A stretch of 64,000 nucleotides of DNA, from contig REDI01000060.1 of NCBI GenBank assembly GCA_007693595.1, forward strand, positions 61,206 to 125,205, in the 5' to 3' direction. Within the stretch, counting starts at the first letter, position 1; each line of letters starts with the position of its first letter. The DNA comes from Deltaproteobacteria bacterium (GTDB taxonomy: Bacteria > Myxococcota_A > UBA796 > GCA-2862545). The notes below the pieces were generated by a model. It had not been told where the DNA came from. It searched no databases and saw nothing but the letters and a program-made list of their open reading frames with translations. Positions 54,646-64,000 of the stretch are shown here, one piece after another. The position numbers were made by a program, and so were the translations under genes.

Positions 54646-56076
54646 TCATTCCTCGGACCCGGCGGAAGGGGAGGGGCTGCGACGCAGGCTCAGTCCGAGC
54701 GCGAGCCCTGCCGCGAGCAGAGCCAGCCACCCGCTGACATCGGCGCCGGTCCAGCGGGGGGCGCGGCGGTCGACTCGTGCGATCGCGATCTCGGGATCCG
54801 GTGGCGGCGAGCGATCGCCCTGCACCCAGTCCAGGTGGACCACCCTTCGGCCGAGGGGGTCGAAGACGGCGGTCCGCCCGTTGGTCGTGGGACGGAGGAC
54901 CCATCGCCCGGTGGTGAGGGCTGCGAGTCGGCTTGCGTTCTCGTGGGCGCGGCTGCCTGCGCCAGGCCCGAGCCAGGCATCGTTGGAGGGGGTGAGGAGC
55001 AGCTCGGCCGATCCCAGGCTCGCGAGCCGCGAGCCGAGGAGGTCTTCGTAGCAGATCCGTCCCGCGAGGGGGATCTGGGCCAGCACGAGGGGCGGACGGG
55101 CTGAGCCCGCAGCGTAGGTGTCGCGCCCGAAGCCGAGCAGGGCTCGCTCCCCCAAGGGGATGAGGTTGTGCTTGTCGTAGCGTCCTGTGACGCTGCCGCC
55201 CTCGACCGCTAGCAGGCTGTTGGTGGGGAGGTCGCCCTCGGTGAGGTTGACCCCGAGCACGGTCGGGGGGAGATCCTCGAAGCGATGGAGCAGGCGGTCG
55301 CGGCGGTGGCTCCCCGCGGCGCCAGCGTCGTGAGGCCAGGCCCCCTCGGGGGTGAAGACCAAGGTGGCTCCTTTCTTGCCTGCGGCTTGGATGGCGGCGA
55401 GCAGGCGGTCGGCGCGGTCTTCGGCCGTGGAGGCCCGTCGTCCATCGAGGGGGCCGGTGTTGGGCTGGATGAGCGCGACCTGCACGGGATCCCCGGCGGG
55501 CAGGAAGCGGGGTGCGAGGAGGCCTCCCCCGATCCACAGCGCCGAGACGAGCAGCCCCATCCAGGATCGCTGCCAAGCGCCAGCCCACATCCCGAGCACC
55601 GCGAGCAGCAGGGCCTCGCCCCCGAGGGCGGCGGGCCAGAGCAGGAGCGCGTCACCGGCCAGGTAGACCTCGAGACCCGCCGGAAGAGGCTGGATCCACT
55701 CGGCGAGGATCCCCACCGAAGGCAAGGACAGAGCCAGCGCGATTCCCAGGGGCATCCCCCGCGCCCGAAGGAGCCCTGCCACGGCTAGGCTCAGCGCCGG
55801 AACGATCGCCTGGAGCGCGACGAGCCCAGCGAAGGCGAGCCAGGGGCTCCCGACGCTGTCGAAGGTGGCCCAGGTCAGGGGAAACCAGACTAGGGAGGTT
55901 CCATACCACAAGATCCCCGCCGCCCCGCCCCGGAGCAGGTCACCCAGAGGCTCCCCCCGGACCGCGAGCGCGAGCAGCGCGATCGCCAGGAGCCGGAGCA
56001 CCACCCCCGGCGTGCCGTCGAGGGGGGCGAGCCCCAAGAGGGCGCCAGCGAGCAGGGCGGAGAGCGAGGGGGGCAT
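54646..56076 (-). CDS. lnt: apolipoprotein N-acyltransferase
   Basis: An N-terminal polytopic membrane domain is followed by a CN-hydrolase domain with Glu in LVFTPE, Lys in RYDKHNLIPLGE and Cys in RICYEDL, then a C-terminal TM helix. The alternative upstream start at 56145 would add 23 aa. Confidence 0.8.
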   Translation of the reverse strand: MPPSLSALLAGALLGLAPLDGTPGVVLRLLAIALLALAVRGEPLGDLLRGGAAGILWYGTSLVWFPLTWATFDSVGSPWLAFAGLVALQAIVPALSLAVAGLLRARGMPLGIALALSLPSVGILAEWIQPLPAGLEVYLAGDALLLWPAALGGEALLLAVLGMWAGAWQRSWMGLLVSALWIGGGLLAPRFLPAGDPVQVALIQPNTGPLDGRRASTAEDRADRLLAAIQAAGKKGATLVFTPEGAWPHDAGAAGSHRRDRLLHRFEDLPPTVLGVNLTEGDLPTNSLLAVEGGSVTGRYDKHNLIPLGERALLGFGRDTYAAGSARPPLVLAQIPLAGRICYEDLLGSRLASLGSAELLLTPSNDAWLGPGAGSRAHENASRLAALTTGRWVLRPTTNGRTAVFDPLGRRVVHLDWVQGDRSPPPDPEIAIARVDRRAPRWTGADVSGWLALLAAGLALGLSLRRSPSPSAGSEE

Positions 56077-56120
56077 GACGGAAGGGCCTCGTGCGGGCTG
56101 GTGGGAGCCAACGGTCGGGC

Positions 56121-56585
56121 TCACCACCCCGACGCGGTGAGCCACCGATCGAGGGTGTTGGCGAAGCGTTGCTTGTCGGACGGACTGTACGGGGGCGGTC
56201 CCCCCGTCACGACACCCCCGCCGCGCAAGGCGTCGAGCATGTCTCGGGTGGCGAGGCGTTGGCGCACGTTGGCCTCGGTGAGGAGCTCGCCACGACAGCG
56301 CATCGCGATGGCGCCCCGCTCGATCACCTCGGCCGCCAGGGGCACGTCGTTGGTGACGACCAGATCGCCGGGCCGGCAGTGCGCGACGATGTAGTCGTCG
56401 GCGACGTCGATGCCAGACTCGACCACCACCATGCGGATCCAGCGCAGCTTGGGGGTGCTCTGGTGGCGGTTGGCCACGACGGTCACGGGCACGCTTCGCC
56501 GCTCGGCCGCGCGGAAGAGGACCTCGCGGACGGCGGCGGGAGAGCCGTCGCCGTCGAGCCAGATCGAGGGGCGTTCATCGGTCAT
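56121..56585 (-). CDS. yaiI: YaiI/YqgE-like UPF0178 (DUF188) family protein
   Basis: IWLDGDGSP...VVANRHQ...GGVVTGGPPPYSPSDKQRFANTLDRWL matches the YaiI family layout. The start is an internal ATG; the upstream 54 codons overlap lnt and were rejected. Confidence 0.75.
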   Translation of the reverse strand: MTDERPSIWLDGDGSPAAVREVLFRAAERRSVPVTVVANRHQSTPKLRWIRMVVVESGIDVADDYIVAHCRPGDLVVTNDVPLAAEVIERGAIAMRCRGELLTEANVRQRLATRDMLDALRGGGVVTGGPPPYSPSDKQRFANTLDRWLTASGW

Positions 56586-56605
56586 GGGGACCTCGGGGCG
56601 GGGGC

Positions 56606-57022
56606 TCAGCGCTCGACCTTGCCGCGCAGGTTCTTGAGCTTTCCTCGATGCTTCTTGTTGTCGAGTCTCCGTCGCTTCGAGGCGCGGGTCGGTCGGGTCT
56701 TCTTGCGAGGGGGCTTGTAGGTGAGCGCGCGGGCGAGGATCGAGCACAGACGCTCGGTCGCGAGCTCTTTGTTGCGATGCTGGCTCCGCTCGTCTTGGGC
56801 GACTACGATCAGCTCGCCTTCGGTCGTGAGCCGGCCTTCGAGCGCGCGCAGCAGTCGGGCGCGCTGGCCGCCGCTCAGGCTCGGGGAGGTGCGAACATTG
56901 AATCGAGCCTCTACGCGAGTCTCTGCGGTGTTGACGTGCTGTCCGCCAGGGCCGCTCGACCGGGAGGTGCGGTAGGCGATCTCGTGGGGGGGCAGTTGGA
57001 GATGATCGTTCACTCGAAGCAT
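56606..57022 (-). CDS. arfB: alternative ribosome-rescue factor ArfB (peptidyl-tRNA hydrolase, GGQ motif, basic C-terminal tail)
   Basis: RSSGPGGQHVNTAETRV contains the GGQ motif. The Lys/Arg-rich C-terminal tail is present. Length is 138 aa. Confidence 0.85.
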   Translation of the reverse strand: MLRVNDHLQLPPHEIAYRTSRSSGPGGQHVNTAETRVEARFNVRTSPSLSGGQRARLLRALEGRLTTEGELIVVAQDERSQHRNKELATERLCSILARALTYKPPRKKTRPTRASKRRRLDNKKHRGKLKNLRGKVER

Positions 57023-57130
57023 GTGCAGAAGGTAACCGCCGCAGAAGGACGGGCCATGGCGCGCGGTCGTGGCTACCTTGGACTCAGCGGCTCCGCGTGG
57101 CCGCACGCCACCGTCTCATAGGAGGGAGCC

Positions 57131-58369
57131 ATGGCCGATGCGAGAGGCGCAACCCTCGCGTTCGCTGCCGCCGTGGTCGGCCTTCTGGCAGGGGTGGGGT
57201 GCGACTCCGATTCCGCTCGCGGAGAGTTCCACCTTGAGTTTCGCCCCGTCCCCCTGGAGCTCCCCGCACCGCCGCAGCCGGGCGATCTGGTGCCCCTCAG
57301 CGAAGACACCGTGATGGTGCTCGTCCGTGAGACCCAGACCCTCGCTCGGTTCTCCCTGACCGAGCAAACATTGGTGCGCGAGGACGTGGTCGATCTCGCC
57401 AGCTTCGTTCCCGTCCTGCTCGTCGTCACGGCCGAGGGGGCGCTCCTGCGAACCGAGGATCGAGGGCGCACCTTCGAAGTGCTTGAACTGCCAGGGGGTG
57501 CTCGGGCGACCTCCGTCCGTCATCGTTCTCGAAGATGGAGTGTCGGGGCGGTGGCTGGGGGCGAAGGGATCGTGCTGTCCAGCGAGGATGGCCGGACCTT
57601 CGTGCCGCACCATCAGGGGCTCCAGGTCGAGGGGGGCACGCCGGCGGGGGTGGCCTATACCGAGCGCTATTCCACCCTCCTCCGGGCCTGGAACGACCAG
57701 GGAGCCGAAGCGTTCTGGCGCGACGAGGGCGAGGCGCTCACGCCCCAGGCTGGCCCTCCCGATCTCACCGTGCCCGCACCGCCGATCCGCAGTCACTCGG
57801 GGTGGTACTTCTCGGTCTGGGACTTCGACGGAGCTTGGCCGGACGTCGACGTGCTCCCCATCGCCATGACCCGTCGTTGGAGCCCCGATCTGACCGCTGA
57901 AGAAGCGCGATGGATGCATGGCTTGGGGCTCGGTCTGCCCGCCTATCCCACCCAGATCCGGCCCTCGCTCCGACCCCTGGGGCTCGATGGCTTCGATCGG
58001 CTCTACCTCGTCCGCCTCGATCAGGAGGAGCCCGTCTACGTTCGCTCCTTGACGGCGGCTTCAGCGGTCGGGGACCGTTACCTCTCGGCTCATGCGGGGC
58101 CGGGTTGTCTGGATCGATACCGGGGCGTCGATCAGCGGGTAGGCTCCGAGCCGGAGGCTTCGGTCTCGGTACGAAACGACGGCGAGAGCAGGGTCTTCGC
58201 GTTGACGCTCAGCGCGGTCGCCCTGACCGCCCACGAGGTTGAGCCCGGCCGAGAGATCGAGGTGAGCGCCCCGGCCGATCACGCGCTGCTCGTGGTGGAC
58301 GAGGCGGATCATTGCCTGGCTTTCGAGCCCCGCATCGACGCGAACCCTGATGGGGTTGTTCTCAGATGA
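57131..58369 (+). CDS. hypothetical lipoprotein (412 aa)
   Basis: The signal plus Cys is MADARGATLAFAAAVVGLLAGVGCDSD. No catalytic motif was recognised. Confidence 0.5.
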   Translation: MADARGATLAFAAAVVGLLAGVGCDSDSARGEFHLEFRPVPLELPAPPQPGDLVPLSEDTVMVLVRETQTLARFSLTEQTLVREDVVDLASFVPVLLVVTAEGALLRTEDRGRTFEVLELPGGARATSVRHRSRRWSVGAVAGGEGIVLSSEDGRTFVPHHQGLQVEGGTPAGVAYTERYSTLLRAWNDQGAEAFWRDEGEALTPQAGPPDLTVPAPPIRSHSGWYFSVWDFDGAWPDVDVLPIAMTRRWSPDLTAEEARWMHGLGLGLPAYPTQIRPSLRPLGLDGFDRLYLVRLDQEEPVYVRSLTAASAVGDRYLSAHAGPGCLDRYRGVDQRVGSEPEASVSVRNDGESRVFALTLSAVALTAHEVEPGREIEVSAPADHALLVVDEADHCLAFEPRIDANPDGVVLR

Positions 58370-58383
58370 GTGCGAGTAATGAG

Positions 58384-58389
58384 TAGAAT
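58384..58389 (+). promoter_or_regulatory. candidate sigma-70-like -10 element TAGAAT in the AT-richer gap upstream of gltB
   Basis: TAGAAT was read directly about 150 nt upstream of the gltB start. No convincing -35 was found, so this is weak. Confidence 0.15.
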
Positions 58390-58534
58390 TGCGAGATCGA
58401 TCAGGGTGGCCACCCCCCGGCGCGGGCGGTTGCGGGGTGCCTGGTGACCCACTAAGCCCGAGGGGGCGAGTGGGGCCCTGTCAGCGCGCTGCACGGTGCC
58501 TGTCCACCCGCTCCTTCACCTGGTTGGGAGCCTC

Positions 58535-61500
58535 ATGAGCGCCATCTTTCCGTCGGCCTGGGGCCTGTATCGCCCCGACTTCGAGCACGACGCCTGCGGC
58601 ATCGGCTTCATCGCGAACATCCAAGGGGCCAAGTCGCACCGCCTCGTGCAGCAAGGCATCGAGATGCTCAACCGGATGGAGCATCGGGGTGCGGCGGGGG
58701 CCGATCCCGACACCGGCGATGGGGCGGGCATCTTGGTGCAGCTCTCGCACCGCTTCTTCAAGCGGCAGGGGCTTGAGCGCGGCTGGACGATGCCGCGGCG
58801 GCGTCGGTACGGCGTCGGGATGGTCTTCCTCCCCCCCGACCCGTCCCAGCGGCGCGCCTGTGAGTCCGCGATCGAGGCGGCGGTGTCCGATGAGGGCCAG
58901 CGCGTCATCGGCTGGCGCGACGTCCCCGTCGATCCCTCGGCCATCGGGCAGATGGCACGCGCGAGCATGCCTGTGATCCGCCAGGTCTACGTCGCGGGTC
59001 GGCGCATCGTCACCAGCGCGCTCGAGCGCAAGCTCTTCGTCATCCGAAAGCTCGCCGAGAACCGTGTCCGCGACCTAGGGCTCGACCCCCAGGGGCACTT
59101 CCACATCGCGTCGATGTCCGCTGAGACCATCGTCTATAAGGGCCTCCTTCTCCCTGAGCAGCTCCCTGCCTTCTACGACGACCTCCGGCAGCCCGACTTC
59201 GTCTCGGCGATCGCGGTCGTACACTCCCGTTTCTCGACCAATACCTTCCCGAGCTGGCAGCGGGCCCAGCCCTCGCGCTTTACCGCCCATAACGGCGAGA
59301 TCAACACACTCCGAGGCAACCGAAACTCCATGAAGGCTCGGGCGGCCTCGCTTGAGTCTGCCAAGTTCGGTGCGCCCCTCTCGCGCATCTTCCCGGTCAT
59401 CGACGAGCAAGGCTCCGACTCCTTTCAGCTCGACAACATGCTCGAGCTCCTTCACTTGGGGGGGCGGCCCCTGCACCACGCCATGATGATGATGATCCCC
59501 GAGGCGTGGCAGTCCGATCCCGACCTTCCGCAGAAGCGGCGAGACTTCTATGCCTATGCCTCGAGCCTGATGGAGCCCTGGGATGGGCCGGCGGCGATCG
59601 TGTTCACCGATGGCTTCATGGTCGGGGCGACCCTCGACCGCAACGGCCTGCGCCCCGCGCGCTACGTCGTCACCACCGACGGGCTGGTCGTGATGAGCTC
59701 CGAGGTGGGTGTGCTCGACCTTCCACCCTCGATCATCGCCAAGAAGGGCCGGCTTCGTCCGGGGCGCATGCTCCTGGTCGATACGGTCGAGGGAGAGATC
59801 GTCAACGACGCGGCCGCCAAGAACGAGATCGCCGGTCGGTGGCCCTATGGGCGATGGATCCGCAACAATGTCTCGACCTTGGGCGACCTGCCCCAGGCCT
59901 CCCCGCCCCCCATCGCGCGTGACGTCGAGCTGCTCCGGCTACAGCGCGCCTTTGGCTACACCGACGAAGATCTGCGGCTGGTGCTCGAGCCGATGGCCCG
60001 CGACGGCAAGGAGCCCATCGGTTCCATGGGGACCGACGTGCCGCTGGCGGTGCTCTCGGATCAGGCGCCCCCGCTCTTCGATTATTTCCACCAGCTCTTC
60101 GCCCAGGTCACCAACCCCCCGATCGATCCGATCCGGGAGTCCTTGGTCATGACCCTGCAGACCTCCTTGGGCCCGAACAGCAACACCTTCGAAGAGACCC
60201 CGGAGCACTGTCAGCGCCTCGCGCTCGACAGCCCGGTGCTCACCTGTGCGGACTTTGCGAGGATCCAGCGCGCGAACAGTGGTGCTCTCGAGGCCACCAC
60301 ACTCTCGCTCCTCTTCGACGTAGGGGGCAGCCTGGAGCACGCGGTCGACGCGCTCTGCGCTGCGGCTCAAGAGGCGGTCGAGGAGGGTTACACCCTGCTG
60401 GTGCTCTCGGATCGTGGGGTCGATACCAAGCGTTGCCCGATTCCTAGCCTGCTGGCCACCAGCGCGGTGCACCAGCACCTCGTGCGCGAGGGGATCCGCA
60501 ACCAGACGGGTCTGGTGATCGAGTCCGGCGATGCGCGAACGGTCCATCACATCGCCTGCCTCTTCGCCTTTGGGGCCACCGTGGTCTGTCCTTGGCTCGC
60601 CCTCGAGAGCCTCGAGGCCCGCGTCTCTGAAGGCGCCTTGTCCGGACCGTTCGACGAGATTCGCGCCCACTACCTGCACGCCCTCGAGCGCGGGGTGCTC
60701 AAGGTCATGTCGAAGATGGGGATCTCGACCCTTCAGAGCTACCGGGGAGCCCAGATCTTCGAGGCGGTGGGCCTGAACCCCGTCCTCATCGACCGCCACT
60801 TCACCGGCACCCCCTCACGGGTCAAGGGCGTGGGGCTGCGAGAGCTGGGTCGCGAGGTCCTGATCCGCCATCAGCGAGGCTACCACGAGCGCGACGGCGT
60901 GCACGAGCTGCCCGCAGGAGGCGTGCTCCAGTGGCGACGCCGCGGGGAGCTCCACAAGTGGAACCCGAGCACGATCGCCCACCTGCAGCACGCGACGCGG
61001 GGCGATCGCCCGATGTCCTACAAGGCCTTTGCGAAGGCTTGCAATGATGAAGACCGCGCCCTGTCCACCCTCCGAGGTCAGCTGGAGCTCGTGCCCGGCG
61101 AGCCCATCTCTGTAGATCAAGTGGAGCCGGCCAGCGCCATCATGAAGCGATTCGCCACGGGCGCGATGAGTTTCGGGTCCTTGTCGGCCGAGGCCCACGA
61201 GACCCTCGCGGTGGCGATGAACCGGGTCGGTGGCAAGAGCAACTCCGGGGAAGGTGGGGAAGAAGCACGGAGGTACGCGCCCGCCCCCAATGGGGACCGC
61301 CTCTACAGCCGGATCCATCAGGTCGCATCGGGCCGCTTCGGCGTCGACATCGAGTACCTTACCCACGCCGACGAGCTTCAGATCAAGATGGCGCAGGGCG
61401 CCAAGCCTGGCGAGGGAGGGCAGCTCCCCGGAGAGAAGGTCGACGAGCGGATCGCGGCCGTCCGCTGCTCTACGCCTGGCGTCACGCTCATCTCGCCGCC

Positions 61501-63047
61501 CCCGCACCACGACATCTACTCCATCGAGGATCTGGCCCAGCTCATCCACGATCTCAAGTGCGCCAACGCACGGGCCCGGATCAGCGTCAAGCTCGTCTCC
61601 GAGGTCGGGGTCGGCACCGTCGCGGCTGGGGTCGCCAAGGCGGGGGCGGGCCATGTGGTCATCGCGGGCAATGGCGGGGGGACCGGGGCCTCTCCCGTCT
61701 CCTCGATCTTTCATGCAGGCCTGCCTTGGGAGCTCGGACTGGCCGAGGCGCAGCAGGTCCTCGTGCAGAACGACCTGCGCGGACGGCTTCGGGTCCAGGT
61801 CGATGGAGGCCTGAGGACCGGGCGTGATGTGGTGATCGGAGGGCTGCTAGGGGCCGAAGAGTTCGCCTTCAGCACGGCGCCCCTCGTCACCATGGGCTGC
61901 ATCCTGCTGCGAAAGTGCCACCTGAACACGTGCTCGGTGGGCATCGCGACCCAGGACCCCGAGCTGCGGGCCCTCTTCGCGGGCCAGCCTGAGCACGTCA
62001 TCCGCTACTTCTCCTTTGTCGCCGAAGAGGTTCGGGAGCTCATGGCCTCGCTGGGCTTTCGCACCTTCGACGAGCTGGTCGGGCGGGTGGATCGGCTGCG
62101 GCAGCGACGCGATGTCGACCACTGGAAGGCGGCGACTCTGGATCTCTCCGAGATGCTCGCCTCGCCCCAGGTGCCCGAGACCTTCGCCCGCCGCCAGCGC
62201 TCGCCGCAGCCTCGGGTGGTCGACGGGCACCTCGACCAACGGCTGTTGGACATGGCGGAACCCGTGCTCGGTGGTGGCGATGCGCAGACCCTCGATCTCG
62301 ATATTCGGAACACCGATCGCACCGTGGGCGCCCACCTCTCGGGCGAGATCACCCGACGACTCGGGGCGGCCGGGCTGCCCGAAGGGGCGCTGACCGTGCG
62401 CTTTACCGGCACGGCTGGGCAGAGCTTCGGAGCCTTCCTGACCCGAGGGGTGCGGTTCGAGCTGTCAGGCGATGCGAATGATGGCGTCGGCAAAGGCTTG
62501 TCGGGTGGCGTGCTCGCGCTGCGCCACCCCGTCGAGAGCCCCTTCCGGCCCGAAGAGCAGATCTTGATCGGCAACGTGGCGCTCTATGGAGCGACGCGGG
62601 GCAAGGCCTTCATCGCCGGCCGCGCGGGAGAGCGCTTCGCGGTGCGAAACTCAGGCGCCTCGGCCGTCGTTGAAGGGGTCGGGGACCACGGCTGCGAGTA
62701 CATGACCGGCGGCGTCGTGGTGTGCCTGGGAGAGACCGGGCGCAACTTCGCGGCTGGCATGTCCGGCGGTACGGCCTTCGTCTATGATGAGACCGGCGAG
62801 TTTCCCGCCCACTGCAATCGCTCCATGGTCGGCTTGGAGTCGTTGGTCGATGCGGCCGACCTCTCGTTGGTCTACGAGCTGCTGTGTGAGCACGTCGAAG
62901 CGACCGCCTCGCGCAACGCCAGACGGATCCTAGACAACTGGTCGCTGGCCGTCGAGCGCTTCGTCAAGGTCATGCCGCACGAATACCGACGGGTGCTTCA
63001 GCAGCGGCGTGCCATGGAACAGCAACGCTTGTCCGAGGAGCGATCTC

Positions 63048-63055
<8 letters not shown>
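58535..63055 (+). CDS. gltB: glutamate synthase large subunit
   Basis: The N-terminal amidotransferase Cys motif DACGIGFIANIQG is present. FMN and 4Fe-4S regions (CxxxxxC...C) and the C-terminal GXGXG domain are present. ATG at 58535 follows GGGAG; a GTG at 58496 is an alternative. Confidence 0.9.

Positions 63056-64000
<945 letters not shown>

Noticed and set aside
53825-55588. 587-aa extent of the methyltransferase ORF, plus the full 54646..56145 extent of lnt
   Set aside because: The upstream parts are Arg/Pro-rich extensions lacking RBS support and overlapping neighbouring genes. Internal ATGs with RBS-like motifs give proteins of normal length.

Overview
This is a 64-kb, very GC-rich (~70%), densely coding segment that looks like bacterial chromosome, most likely Myxococcota. 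The taxon call rests on a MYXO-CTERM-like tail on a subtilisin-family peptidase, many lipobox lipoproteins and an ECF sigma/anti-sigma pair. I found no rRNA, tRNA, CRISPR array, transposase or integrase by eye. About 50 CDS are supported; all product calls rest on motifs I read directly in the six-frame translations, since I could run no database search. Start codons were chosen by frame arithmetic against the supplied ORF track and RBS-like motifs, so coordinates may be off by one to three nucleotides at starts.

Modules recognised, in order along the window:
- MBOAT O-acyltransferase plus an SGNH/esterase fusion partner.
- gpsA, a gshB-like ATP-grasp gene, and a pentapeptide-repeat gene.
- ECF sigma and anti-sigma factor, with a candidate AAC-N16-CGT promoter.
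- A minus-strand string of cobB (sirtuin), radC and alr.
- comEC, ETF-ubiquinone oxidoreductase, and an unusually long lspA.
- An RND efflux operon: adaptor, two tandem RND permeases, and a TolC-like outer membrane factor.
- A TPR protein and an SPFH/band-7 protein.
- An S8 protease that appears split from its N-terminal part by a single in-frame TAG.
- Cyclophilin, an SDR epimerase, and three consecutive M16 metallopeptidase lipoproteins.
- Two tandem paralogous small GTPases.
- kdsB-kdsA.
- A QueF-like T-fold protein lacking the catalytic Cys.
- M14 carboxypeptidase and a DoxX protein.
- A minus-strand operon: arfB, yaiI, lnt, a SAM methyltransferase, a hypothetical, and a sulfotransferase fusion.
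- gltB and the start of gltD.

The most interesting candidates for uncharacterised biology are the tandem paralogous GTPase pair, the lnt-methyltransferase-sulfotransferase gene string, the split MYXO-CTERM S8 protease, and the cysteine-less QueF homolog. Many long antisense and out-of-frame ORFs in the track are GC-skew artefacts and were rejected.
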